Below are positions 40,326-55,058 of a DNA stretch of 64,000 bases, piece after piece; the first letter of the stretch is position 1; every line of letters starts with the position of its first letter. A model generated the notes under the pieces. It was not told where the DNA came from. It was given only the letters and a program-made list of their open reading frames with translations, and made no database searches. The stretch is from Auanema rhodensis. Lineage: Eukaryota > Animalia > Nematoda. Made by a program: the position numbers and the translations under genes. Location of the stretch: the NCBI GenBank assembly GCA_964057225.1, contig OZ059896.1:4650001-4714000 (forward strand), in the 5' to 3' direction.

Positions 40326-42781
40326 TTCGATCTGTGTTATCAGATTTGCGCTAGCTTAAAAATGCACCGAGATATCAACTGATATAAGTTCACACTTATA
40401 TCCTCGATTTTCACCCTGAAGAATTAATTTTTTTGTTGAATAACATTGTCCATCGTTTTTGCCTCGAAAAAAGGAATCTAAAAACATCTACTTTTTGCTA
40501 AATTATTTTGAAATTTTTCGAAAAAATTTTTGTCAAAATGTTTTTGGAAGCAATTTTGAGTGTACATGGAAACTCAACATACACTAATGCATCATTTTTC
40601 AAACGATCATAACTAATTTTTGTATTAAGCTTTTCTTAATGTAGTATAGTGCATTCGATGCGGACTTTTAAGCTGCGTCGATCTATGTTATCAGATTTGC
40701 GCTAGCTTAAAAATGCACCGAGATATCAACTGATATAAGTTCACACTTATATCCTCGATTTTCACCCTGAAGAATTAATTTTTTCGTTGAATAACATTGT
40801 CCATCGTTTTTGCCTTGAAAAATGGAATCTAAAAACATCTACTTTTTGCTAAATTATTTTGAAATTTTTCGAAAAAATTTTTGTCAAAATGTTTTTGGAA
40901 GCAATGTTGAGTGTACATGGAAACTCAACATACACTAATGCATCATTTTTCAAACGATCATAACTAATTTTTGTGATAAGCGTTTCTCCATGTAGTATAA
41001 TGCATTCGATGCGGATTTTTAAGCTGCGTCGATCTGTGTTATCAGATTTGCGCTAGCTTAAAAATGCACCGAGATATTAACTGATATAAGTTCACACTTA
41101 TATTCTCGATTTTCACCCTGAAGAATTAGTTTTTTCGTTGAATAACATCGTCCATCGTTTTTGCCTTGAAAGAAGGAATCTAAAAACATCTACTTTTTGC
41201 TAAATTATTTTGAAATTTTTCGAAAAAATTTTTGTCAAAATGTTTTTGGAAGCAATTTTGAGTGTACATGGAAACTCAACATACACTAATGCATCATTTT
41301 TCAAACGATCATAACTAATTTTTGTATTGAGCGTTTTTTAATGTATTATAGTGCATTCGATGCGGATTTTTAAGCTGCTTCGATCTGTGTTATCAGATTT
41401 GCGCTAGCTTGAAAATGCACCGAGATATCAACTGATATAAGTTCACACTTATATCCTCGATTTTCACCCTGAAGAATTAATTTTTTTGTTGAATAACATT
41501 GTCCATCGTTTTTGCCTCGAAAAAAGGAATCTAAAAACATCTACTTTTTGCTAAATTATTTTGAAATTTTTCGAAAAAATTTTTGTCAAAATGTTTTTGG
41601 AAGCAATTTTGAGTGTACATGGAAACTCAACATACACTAATGCATCATTTTTCAAACAATCATAACTAATTTTTGTATTAAGCTTTCCTCAATGTAATAT
41701 AGTGCATTCGATGCGGATTTTTAAGCTGCGTCGATCTATGTTATCAGATTTGCGCTAGCTTAAAAATGCACCGAGATATCAACTGATATAAGTTCACACT
41801 TATATCCTCGATTTTCACCCTGAAGAATTAATTTTTTCGTTGAATAACATTGTCCATCGTTTTTGCCTTGAAAAAAGGAATCTAAAAACATCTACTTTTT
41901 GCTAAATTATTTTGAAATTTTTCGAAAAAATTTTTGTCAAAATGTTTTTGGAAGCAATGTTGAGTGTACATGGAAACTCAACATACAGTAATGCATCATT
42001 TTTCAAACGATCATAACTAATTTTTGTATTAAGCGTTTCTCTATGTAATATAGTGCATTCGATGCGGATTTTTAAGCTGCGTCGATCTGTGTTATCAGAT
42101 TTGCGCTAGCTTAAAAATGCACCGAGATATCAACTGATATAAGTTCACACTTATATCCTCGATTTTCACCCTGAAGAATTAATTTTTTCGTTGAATAACA
42201 TTGTCCATCGTTTTTGCCTCAAAAAAAGGAATCTAAAAACATCTACTTTTTGCGAAATTATTTTGAAATTTTTCGAAAAAATTTTGTCAAAATGTTTTTG
42301 GAAGCAATGTTGAGTGTACATGGAAACTCAACATACACTAATGCATCATTTTTCAAACGATCATAACTAATTTTTGTGATGAGCGTTTCTCCATGTAGTA
42401 TAATGCATTCGATGCGGATTTTTAAGCTGCGTCGATCTGTGTTATCAGATTTGCGCTAGCTTAAAAATGCACCGAGATATTAACTGATATAAGTTCACAC
42501 TTATATTCTCGATTTTCACCCTGAAGAATTAATTTTTTCGTTGAATAACATCGTCCATCGTTTTTGCCTTGAAAGAAGGAATCTAAAAACATCTACTTTT
42601 TGCTAAATTATTTTGAAATTTTTCGAAAAAATTTTTGTCAAAATGTTTTTGGAAGCAATTTTGAGTGTACATGGAAACTCAACATACACTAATGCATCAT
42701 TTTTCAAACGATCATAACTAATTTTTGTATTGAGCGTTTTTTAATGTACTATAGTGCATTCGATGCGGATTTTTAAGCTGC

Positions 42782-45700
42782 TTCGATCTGTGTTATCAGA
42801 TTTGCGCTAGCTTAAAAATGCACCGAGATATCAACTGATATAAGTTCACACTTATATCCTCGATTTTCACCCTGAAGAATTAATTTTTTCGTTGAATAAC
42901 ATTGTCCATCGTTTTTGCCTTGAAAAAAGGAATCTAAAAACATCTACTTTTTGCTAAATTATTTTGAAATTTTTCGAAAAAATTTTTGTCAAAATGTTTT
43001 TGGAAGCAATGTTGAGTGTACATGGAAACTCAACATACACTAATGCATCATTTTTCAAACGATCATAACTAATTTTTGTATTAAGCGTTTCTCTATGTAA
43101 TATAGTGCATTCGATGCGGATTTTTAAGCTGCGTCGATCTATGTTATCAGATTTGCGCTAGCTTAAAAATGCACCGAGATATCAACTGATATAAGTTCAC
43201 ACTTATATCCTCGATTTTCACCCTGAAGAATTAATTTTTTCGTTGAATAACATTGTCCATCGTTTTTGCCTTGAAAGAAGGAATCTAAAAACATCTACTT
43301 TTTGCTAAATTATTTTGAAATTTTTCGAAAAAATTTTTGTCAAAATGTTTTTGGAAGCAATTTTGAGTGTACATGGAAACTCAACATACACTAATGCATC
43401 ATTTTTCAAACGATCATAACTAATTTTTGTATTAAGCTTTTCTTAATGTAGTATAGTGCATTCGATGCGGACTTTTAAGCTGCGTCGATCTATGTTATCA
43501 GATTTGCGCTAGCTTAAAAATGCACCGAGATATCAACTGATATAAGTTCACACTTATATCCTCGATTTTCACCCTGAAGAATTAATTTTTTCGTTGAATA
43601 ACATTGTCCATCGTTTTTGCCTTGAAAGAAGGAATCTAAAAACATCTACTTTTTGCTAAATTATTTTGAAATTTTTCGAAAAAATTTTTGTCAAAATGTT
43701 TTTGGAAGCAATGTTGAGTGTACATGGAAACTCAACATACACTAATGCATCATTTTTCAAACGATCATAACTAATTTTTGTATTAAGCGTTTCTCTATGT
43801 AATATAGTGCATTCGATGCGGATTTTTAAGCTGCGTCGATCTGTGTTATCAGATTTGCGCTAGCTTAAAAATGCACCGAGATATTAACTGATATAAGTTC
43901 ACACTTATATCCTCGATTTTCACCCTGAAGAATTAATTTTTTCGTTGAATAACATTGTCCATCGTTTTTGCCTCAAAAAAAGGAATCTAAAAACATCTAC
44001 TTTTTGCGAAATTATTTTGAAATTTTTCGAAAAAATTTTGTCAAAATGTTTTTGGAAGCAATGTTGAGTGTACATGGAAACTCAACATACACTAATGCAT
44101 CATTTTTCAAACGATCATAACTAATTTTTGTATTAAGCTTTTCTCAATGAAGTTTAGTGCATTCGATGCGGATTTTTAAGCTGCGTCGATCTGTGTTATC
44201 AGATTTGCGCTAGCTTAAAAATGCACCGAGATATTAACTGATATAAGTTCACACTTATATCCTCGATTTTCACCCTGAAGAATTAATTTTTTCGTTGAAT
44301 AACATTGTCCATCGTTTTTGCCTCAAAAAAAGGAATCTAAAAACATCTACTTTTTGCGAAATTATTTTGAAATTTTTCGAAAAAATTTTGTCAAAATGTT
44401 TTTGGAAGCAATGTTGAGTGTACATGGAAACTCAACATACACTAATGCATCATTTTTCAAACGATCATAACTAATTTTTGTATTAAGCTTTTCTCAATGA
44501 AGTTTAGTGCATTCGATGCGGATTTTTAAGCTGCGTCGATCTATGTTATCAGATTTGCGCTAGCTTAAAAATGCACCGAGATATTAACTGATATAAGTTC
44601 ACACTTATATCCTCGATTTTCACCCTGAAGAATTAATTTTTTCGTTGAATAACATTGTCCATCGTTTTTGCCTCAAAAAAAGGAATCTAAAAACATCTAC
44701 TTTTTGCGAAATTATTTTGAAATTTTTCGAAAAAATTTTGTCAAAATGTTTTTGGAAGCAATGTTGAGTGTACATGGAAACTCAACATACACTAATGCAT
44801 CATTTTTCAAACGATCATAACTAATTTTTGTGATGAGCGTTTCTCCATGTAGTATAATGCATTCGATGCGGATTTTTAAGCTGCGTCGATCTGTGTTATC
44901 AGATTTGCGCTAGCTTAAAAATGCACCGAGATATTAACTGATATAAGTTCACACTTATATTCTCGATTTTCACCCTGAAGAATTAATTTTTTCGTTGAAT
45001 AACATCGTCCATCGTTTTTGCCTTGAAAGAAGGAATCTAAAAACATCTACTTTTTGCTAAATTATTTTGAAATTTTTCGAAAAAATTTTTGTCAAAATGT
45101 TTTTGGAAGCAATTTTGAGTGTACATGGAAACTCAACATACACTAATGCATCATTTTTCAAACGATCATAACTAATTTTTGTATTGAGCGTTTTTTAATG
45201 TATTATAGTGCATTCGATGCGGATTTTTAAGCTGCTTCGATCTGTGTTATCAGATTTGCGCTAGCTTAAAAATGCACCGAGATATCAACTGATATAAGTT
45301 CACACTTATATCCTCGATTTTCACCCTGAAGAATTAATTTTTTTGTTGAATAACATTGTCCATCGTTTTTGCCTCGAAAAAAGGAATCTAAAAACATCTA
45401 CTTTTTGCTAAATTATTTTGAAATTTTTCGAAAAAATTTTTGTCAAAATGTTTTTGGAAGCAATTTTGAGTGTACATGGAAACTCAACATACACTAATGC
45501 ATCATTTTTCAAACGATCATAACTAATTTTTGTATTAAGCTTTTCTTAATGTAGTATAGTGCATTCGATGCGGACTTTTAAGCTGCGTCGATCTATGTTA
45601 TCAGATTTGCGCTAGCTTAAAAATGCACCGAGATATCAACTGATATAAGTTCACACTTATATCCTCGATTTTCACCCTGAAGAATTAATTTTTTCGTTGA

Positions 45701-48700
45701 ATAACATTGTCCATCGTTTTTGCCTTGAAAAAAGGAATCTAAAAACATCTACTTTTTGCTAAATTATTTTGAAATTTTTCGAAAAAATTTTTGTCAAAAT
45801 GTTTTTGGAAGCAATGTTGAGTGTACATGGAAACTCAACATACACTAATGCATCATTTTTCAAACGATCATAACTAATTTTTGTATTAAGCGTTTCTTTA
45901 TGTAATATAGTGCATTCGATGCGGATTTTTAAGCTGCGTCGATCTATGTTATCAGATTTGCGCTAGCTTAAAAATGCACCGAGATATCAACTGATATAAG
46001 TTCACACTTATATCCTCGATTTTCACCCTGAAGAATTAATTTTTTCGTTGAATAACATTGTCCATCGTTTTTGCCTTGAAAGAAGGAATCTAAAAACATC
46101 TACTTTTTGCTAAATTATTTTGAAATTTTTCGAAAAAATTTTTGTCAAAATGTTTTTGGAAGCAATTTTGAGTGTACATGGAAACTCAACATACACTAAT
46201 GCATCATTTTTCAAACGATCATAACTAATTTTTGTATTAAGCTTTTCTTAATGTAGTATAGTGCATTCGATGCGGACTTTTAAGCTGCGTCGATCTATGT
46301 TATCAGATTTGCGCTAGCTTAAAAATGCACCGAGATATCAACTGATATAAGTTCACACTTATATCCTCGATTTTCACCCTGAAGAATTAATTTTTTCGTT
46401 GAATAACATTGTCCATCGTTTTTGCCTTGAAAAAAGGAATCTAAAAACATCTACTTTTTGCTAAATTATTTTGAAATTTTTCGAAAAAATTTTTGTCAAA
46501 ATGTTTTTGGAAGCAATGTTGAGTGTACATGGAAACTCAACATACACTAATGCATCATTTTTCAAACGATCATAACTAATTTTTGTATTAAGCGTTTCTC
46601 TATGTAATATAGTGCATTCGATGCGGATTTTTAAGCTGCGTCGATCTATGTTATCAGATTTGCGCTAGCTTAAAAATGCACCGAGATATCAACTGATATA
46701 AGTTCACACTTATATCCTCGATTTTCACCCTGAAGAATTAATTTTTTCGTTGAATAACATTGTCCATCGTTTTTGCCTTGAAAGAAGGAATCTAAAAACA
46801 TCTACTTTTTGCTAAATTATTTTGAAATTTTTCGAAAAAATTTTTGTCAAAATGTTTTTGGAAGCAATTTTGAGTGTACATGGAAACTCAACATACACTA
46901 ATGCATCATTTTTCAAACGATCATAACTAATTTTTGTATTAAGCTTTTCTTAATGTAGTATAGTGCATTCGATGCGGACTTTTAAGCTGCGTCGATCTAT
47001 GTTATCAGATTTGCGCTAGCTTAAAAATGCACCGAGATATCAACTGATATAAGTTCACACTTATATCCTCGATTTTCACCCTGAAGAATTAATTTTTTCG
47101 TTGAATAACATTGTCCATCGTTTTTGCCTTGAAAGAAGGAATCTAAAAACATCTACTTTTTGCTAAATTATTTTGAAATTTTTCGAAAAAATTTTTGTCA
47201 ATATGTTTTTGGAAGCAATGTTGAGTGTACATGGAAACTCAACATACACTAATGCATCATTTTTCAAACGATCATAACTAATTTTTGTATTAAGCGTTTC
47301 TCTATGTAATATAGTGCATTCGATGCGGATTTTTAAGCTGCGTCGATCTGTGTTATCAGATTTGCGCTAGCTTAAAAATGCACCGAGATATTAACTGATA
47401 TAAGTTCACACTTATATCCTCGATTTTCACCCTGAAGAATTAATTTTTTCGTTGAATAACATTGTCCATCGTTTTTGCCTCAAAAAAAGGAATCTAAAAA
47501 CATCTACTTTTTGCGAAATTATTTTGAAATTTTTCGAAAAAATTTTGTCAAAATGTTTTTGGAAGCAATGTTGAGTGTACATGGAAACTCAACATACACT
47601 AATGCATCATTTTTCAAACGATCATAACTAATTTTTGTATTAAGCTTTTCTCAATGAAGTTTAGTGCATTCGATGCGGATTTTTAAGCTGCGTCGATCTA
47701 TGTTATCAGATTTGCGCTAGCTTAAAAATGCACCGAGATATTAACTGATATAAGTTCACACTTATATCCTCGATTTTCACCCTGAAGAATTAATTTTTTC
47801 GTTGAATAACATTGTCCATCGTTTTTGCCTCAAAAAAAGGAATCTAAAAACATCTACTTTTTGCGAAATTATTTTGAAATTTTTCGAAAAAATTTTGTCA
47901 AAATGTTTTTGGAAGCAATGTTGAGTGTACATGGAAACTCAACATACACTAATGCATCATTTTTCAAACGATCATAACTAATTTTTGTATTAAGCTTTTC
48001 TCAATGAAGTTTAGTGCATTCGATGCGGATTTTTAAGCTGCGTCGATCTATGTTATCAGATTTGCGCTAGCTTAAAAATGCACCGAGATATTTAACTGAT
48101 ATAAGTTCACACTTATATCCTCGATTTTCACCCTGAAGAATTAATTTTTTCGTTGAATAACATTGTCCATCGTTTTTGCCTCAAAAAAAGGAATCTAAAA
48201 ACATCTACTTTTTGCGAAATTATTTTGAAATTTTTCGAAAAAATTTTGTCAAAATGTTTTTGGAAGCAATGTTGAGTGTACATGGAAACTCAACATACAC
48301 TAATGCATCATTTTTCAAACGATCATAACTAATTTTTGTATTAAGCTTTTCTCAATGAAGTTTAGTGCATTCGATGCGGATTTTTAAGCTGCGTCGATCT
48401 ATGTTATCAGATTTGCGCTAGCTTAAAAATGCACCGAGATATTAACTGATATAAGTTCACACTTATATCCTCGATTTTCACCCTGAAGAATTAATTTTTT
48501 CGTTGAATAACATTGTCCATCGTTTTTGCCTCAAAAAAAGGAATCTAAAAACATCTACTTTTTGCGAAATTATTTTGAAATTTTTCGAAAAAATTTTGTC
48601 AAAATGTTTTTGGAAGCAATGTTGAGTGTACATGGAAACTCAACATACACTAATGCATCATTTTTCAAACGATCATAACTAATTTTTGTGATGAGCGTTT

Positions 48701-49444
48701 CTCCATGTAGTATAATGCATTCGATGCGGATTTTTAAGCTGCGTCGATCTGTGTTATCAGATTTGCGCTAGCTTAAAAATGCACCGAGATATTAACTGAT
48801 ATAAGTTCACACTTATATTCTCGATTTTCACCCTGAAGAATTAATTTTTTCGTTGAATAACATCGTCCATCGTTTTTGCCTTGAAAGAAGGAATCTAAAA
48901 ACATCTACTTTTTGCTAAATTATTTTGAAATTTTTCGAAAAAATTTTTGTCAAAATGTTTTTGGAAGCAATTTTGAGTGTACATGGAAACTCAACATACA
49001 CTAATGCATCATTTTTCAAACGATCATAACTAATTTTTGTATTGAGCGTTTTTTAATGTATTATAGTGCATTCGATGCGGATTTTTAAGCTGCTTCGATC
49101 TGTGTTATCAGATTTGCGCTAGCTTGAAAATGCACCGAGATATCAACTGATATAAGTTCACACTTATATCCTCGATTTTCACCCTGAAGAATTAATTTTT
49201 TTGTTGAATAACATTGTCCATCGTTTTTGCCTCGAAAAAAGGAATCTAAAAACATCTACTTTTTGCTAAATTATTTTGAAATTTTTCGAAAAAATTTTTG
49301 TCAAAATGTTTTTGGAAGCAATGTTGAGTGTACATGGAAACTCAACATACACTAATGCATCATTTTTCAAACGATCATAACTAATTTTTGTGATGAGCGT
49401 TTCTCAATGAAGTTTAGTGCATTCGATGCGGATTTTTAAGCTGC
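42782..49444. repeat. 10-mer duplication (3507 bp offset) with one extra internal monomer in the second copy
   Basis: Monomer order at 42782/43133/43484/43835 matches 46289/46640/46991/47342. The run of short-allele monomers has 3 copies (43835-44884) versus 4 copies (47342-48742); all but the last of each run carry the private CAATGAAGTTTAGTGC tail. Confidence 0.82.
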
Positions 49445-52400
49445 GTCGATCTGTGTTATCAGATTTGCGCTAGCTTAAAAATGCACCGAGATATTAACTG
49501 ATATAAGTTCACACTTATATTCTCGATTTTCACCCTGAAGAATTAATTTTTTCGTTGAATAACATCGTCCATCGTTTTTGCCTTGAAAGAAGGAATCTAA
49601 AAACATCTACTTTTTGCTAAATTATTTTGAAATTTTTCGAAAAAATTTTTGTCAAAATGTTTTTGGAAGCAATTTTGAGTGTACATGGAAACTCAACATA
49701 CACTAATGCATCATTTTTCAAACGATCATAACTAATTTTTGTATTGAGCCTTTTTTAATGTATTATAGTGCATTCGATGCGGATTTTTAAGCTGCTTCGA
49801 TCTGTGTTATCAGATTTGCGCTAGCTTAAAAATGCACCGAGATATCAACTGATATAAGTTCACACTTATATCCTCGATTTTCACCCTGAAGAATTAATTT
49901 TTTTGTTGAATAACATTGTCCATCGTTTTTGCCTCGAAAAAAGGAATCTAAAAACATCTACTTTTTGCTAAATTATTTTGAAATTTTTCGAAAAAATTTT
50001 TGTCAAAATGTTTTTGGAAGCAATTTTGAGTGTACATGGAAACTCAACATACACTAATGCATCATTTTTCAAACGATCATAACTAATTTTTGTATTAAGC
50101 TTTTCTTAATGTAGTATAGTGCATTCGATGCGGACTTTTAAGCTGCGTCGATCTATGTTATCAGATTTGCGCTAGCTTAAAAATGCACCGAGATATCAAC
50201 TGATATAAGTTCACACTTATATCCTCGATTTTCACCCTGAAGAATTAATTTTTTCGTTGAATAACATTGTCCATCGTTTTTGCCTTGAAAAAAGGAATCT
50301 AAAAACATCTACTTTTTGCTAAATTATTTTGAAATTTTTCGAAAAAATTTTTGTCAAAATGTTTTTGGAAGCAATGTTGAGTGTACATGGAAACTCAACA
50401 TACACTAATGCATCATTTTTCAAACGATCATAACTAATTTTTGTATTAAGCGTTTCTCTATGTAATATAGTGCATTCGATGCGGATTTTTAAGCTGCGTC
50501 GATCTATGTTATCAGATTTGCGCTAGCTTAAAAATGCACCGAGATATCAACTGATATAAGTTCACACTTATATCCTCGATTTTCACCCTGAAGAATTAAT
50601 TTTTTCGTTGAATAACATTGTCCATCGTTTTTGCCTTGAAAGAAGGAATCTAAAAACATCTACTTTTTGCTAAATTATTTTGAAATTTTTCGAAAAAATT
50701 TTTGTCAAAATGTTTTTGGAAGCAATTTTGAGTGTACATGGAAACTCAACATACACTAATGCATCATTTTTCAAACGATCATAACTAATTTTTGTATTAA
50801 GCTTTTCTTAATGTAGTATAGTGCATTCGATGCGGACTTTTAAGCTGCGTCGATCTATGTTATCAGATTTGCGCTAGCTTAAAAATGCACCGAGATATCA
50901 ACTGATATAAGTTCACACTTATATCCTCGATTTTCACCCTGAAGAATTAATTTTTTCGTTGAATAACATTGTCCATCGTTTTTGCCTTGAAAAAAGGAAT
51001 CTAAAAACATCTACTTTTTGCTAAATTATTTTGAAATTTTTCGAAAAAATTTTTGTCAAAATGTTTTTGGAAGCAATGTTGAGTGTACATGGAAACTCAA
51101 CATACACTAATGCATCATTTTTCAAACGATCATAACTAATTTTTGTATTAAGCGTTTCTCTATGTAATATAGTGCATTCGATGCGGATTTTTAAGCTGCG
51201 TCGATCTGTGTTATCAGATTTGCGCTAGCTTAAAAATGCACCGAGATATTAACTGATATAAGTTCACACTTATATCCTCGATTTTCACCCTGAAGAATTA
51301 ATTTTTTCGTTGAATAACATTGTCCATCGTTTTTGCCTCAAAAAAAGGAATCTAAAAACATCTACTTTTTGCGAAATTATCTTGAAATTTTTCGAAAAAA
51401 TTTTGTCAAAATGTTTTTGGAAGCAATGTTGAGTGTACATGGAAACTCAACATACACTAATGCATCATTTTTCAAACGATCATAACTAATTTTTGTGATG
51501 AGCGTTTCTCCATGTAGTATAATGCATTCGATGCGGATTTTTAAGCTGCGTCGATCTGTGTTATCAGATTTGCGCTAGCTTAAAAATGCACCGAGATATT
51601 AACTGATATAAGTTCACACTTATATTCTCGATTTTCACCCTGAAGAATTAATTTTTTCGTTGAATAACATCGTCCATCGTTTTTGCCTTGAAAGAAGGAA
51701 TCTAAAAACATCTACTTTTTGCTAAATTATTTTGAAATTTTTCGAAAAAATTTTTGTCAAAATGTTTTTGGAAGCAATTTTGAGTGTACATGGAAACTCA
51801 ACATACACTAATGCATCATTTTTCAAACGATCATAACTAATTTTTGTATTGAGCGTTTCTTAATGTATTATAGTGCATTCGATGCGGATTTTTAAGCTGC
51901 TTCGATCTGTGTTATCAGATTTGCGCTAGCTTAAAAATGCACCGAGATATCAACTGATATAAGTTCACACTTATATCCTCGATTTTCACCCTGAAGAATT
52001 AATTTTTTCGTTGAATAACATTGTCCATCGTTTTTGCCTCAAAAAAAGGAATCTAAAAACATCTACTTTTTGCGAAATTATTTTGAAATTTTTCGAAAAA
52101 ATTTTGTCAAAATGTTTTTGGAAGCAATGTTGAGTGTACATGGAAACTCAACATACACTAATGCATCATTTTTCAAACGATCATAACTAATTTTTGTGAT
52201 GAGCGTTTCTCCATGTAGTATAATGCATTCGATGCGGATTTTTAAGCTGCGTCGATCTGTGTTATCAGATTTGCGCTAGCTTAAAAATGCACCGAGATAT
52301 TAACTGATATAAGTTCACACTTATATTCTCGATTTTCACCCTGAAGAATTAATTTTTTCGTTGAATAACATCGTCCATCGTTTTTGCCTTGAAAGAAGGA

Positions 52401-55058
52401 ATCTAAAAACATCTACTTTTTGCTAAATTATTTTGAAATTTTTCGAAAAAATTTTTGTCAAAATGTTTTTGGAAGCAATTTTGAGTGTACATGGAAACTC
52501 AACATACACTAATGCATCATTTTTCAAACGATCATAACTAATTTTTGTATTGAGCGTTTCTTAATGTATTATAGTGCATTCGATGCGGATTTTTAAGCTG
52601 CTTCGATCTGTGTTATCAGATTTGCGCTAGCTTAAAAATGCACCGAGATATCAACTGATATAAGTTCACACTTATATCCTCGATTTTCACCCTGAAGAAT
52701 TAATTTTTTCGTTGAATAACATTGTCCATCGTTTTTGCCTCGAAAAAAGGAATCTAAAAACATCTACTTTTTGCTAAATTATTTTGAAATTTTTCGAAAA
52801 AATTTTTGTCAAAATGTTTTTGGAAGCAATTTTGAGTGTACATGGAAACTCAACATACACTAATGCATCATTTTTCAAACGATCATAACTAATTTTTGTA
52901 TTAAGCTTTTCTTAATGTAGTATAGTGCATTCGATGCGGACTTTTAAGCTGCGTCGATCTATGTTATCAGATTTGCGCTAGCTTAAAAATGCACAGAGAT
53001 ATCAACTGATATAAGTTCACACTTATATCCTCGATTTTCACCCTGAAGAATTAATTTTTTCGTTGAATAACATTGTCCATCGTTTTTGCCTTGAAAGAAG
53101 GAATCTAAAAACATCTACTTTTTGCTAAATTATTTTGAAATTTTTCGAAAAAATTTTTGTCAAAATGTTTTTGGAAGCAATTTTGAGTGTACATGGAAAC
53201 TCAACATACACTAATGCATCATTTTTCAAACGATCATAACTAATTTTTGTATTGAGCGTTTCTTAATGTATTATAGTGCATTCGATGCGGATTTTTAAGC
53301 TGCTTCGATCTGTGTTATCAGATTTGCGCTAGCTTAAAAATGCACCGAGATATCAACTGATATAAGTTCACACTTATATCCTCGATTTTCACCCTGAAGA
53401 ATTAATTTTTTCGTTGAATAACATTGTCCATCGTTTTTGCCTCGAAAAAAGGAATCTAAAAACATCTACTTTTTGCTAAATTATTTTGAAATTTTTCGAA
53501 AAAATTTTTGTCAAAATGTTTTTGGAAGCAATTTTAAGTGTACATGGAAACTCAACATACACTAATGCATCATTTTTCAAACGATCATAACTAATTTTTG
53601 TATTAAGCTTTTCTTAATGTAGTATAGTGCATTCGATGCGGACTTTTAAGCTGCGTCGATCTATGTTATCAGATTTGCGCTAGCTTAAAAATGCACCGAG
53701 ATATCAACTGATATAAGTTCACACTTATATCCTCGATTTTCACCCTGAAGAATTAATTTTTTCGTTGAATAACATTGTCCATCGTTTTTGCCTTGAAAGA
53801 AGGAATCTAAAAACATCTACTTTTTGCTAAATTATTTTGAAATTTTTCGAAAAAATTTTTGTCAAAATGTTTTTGGAAGCAATTTTGAGTGTACATGGAA
53901 ACTCAACATACACTAATGCATCATTTTTCAAACGATCATAACTAATTTTTGTATTAAGCTTCTCTCAATGTAATATAGTGCATTCGATGCGGTTTTTTAA
54001 GCTGCGTCGATCTGTGTTATCAGATTTGCGCTAGCTTAAAATTGCACCGAGATATTAACTGATATAAGTTCACACTTATATCCTCGATTTTCACCCTGAA
54101 GAATTAATTTTTTCGTTGAATAACATTGTCCATCGTTTTTGCCTCAAAAAAAGGAATCTAAAAACATCTACTTTTTGCGAAATTATTTTGAAATTTTTCG
54201 AAAAAATTTTTGTCAAAATGTTTTTGGAAGCAATGTTGAGTGTACATGGAAACTCAACATACACTAATGCATCATTTTTCAAACGATCATAACTAATTTT
54301 TGTATTGAGCGTTTCTCTATGTAATATAGTGCATTCGATGCGGACTTTTAAGCTGCGTCGATCTATGTTATCAGATTTGCGCTAGCTTAAAAATGCACCG
54401 AGATATCAACTGATATAAGTTCACACTTATATCCTCGATTTTCACCCTGAAGAATTAATTTTTTCGTTGAATAACATTGTCCATCGTTTTTGCCTTGAAA
54501 GAAGGATTCTAAAAACATCTACTTTTTGCTAAATTATTTTGAAATTTTTCGAAAAAATTTTTGTCAAAATGTTTTTGGAAGCAATGTTGAGTGTACATGG
54601 AAACTCAACATACACTAATGCATCATTTTTCAAACGATCATAACTAATTTTTGTATTAAGCTTTTCTTAATGTAGTATAGTGCATTCGATGCGGACTTTT
54701 AAGCTGCGTCGATCTATGTTATCAGATTTGCGCTAGCTTAAAAATGCACCGAGATATCAACTGATATAAGTTCACACTTATATCCTCGATTTTCACCCTG
54801 AAGAATTAATTTTTTCGTTGAATAACATTGTCCATCGTTTTTGCCTTGAAAGAAGGAATCTAAAAACATCTACTTTTTGCTAAATTATTTTGAAATTTTT
54901 CGAAAAAATTTTTGTCAAAATGTTTTTGGAAGCAATTTTGAGTGTACATGGAAACTCAACATACACTAATGCATCATTTTTCAAACGATCATAACTAATT
55001 TTTGTATTAAGCTTTTCTCAATGTAATATAGTGCATTCGATGCGGTTTTTTAAGCTGC

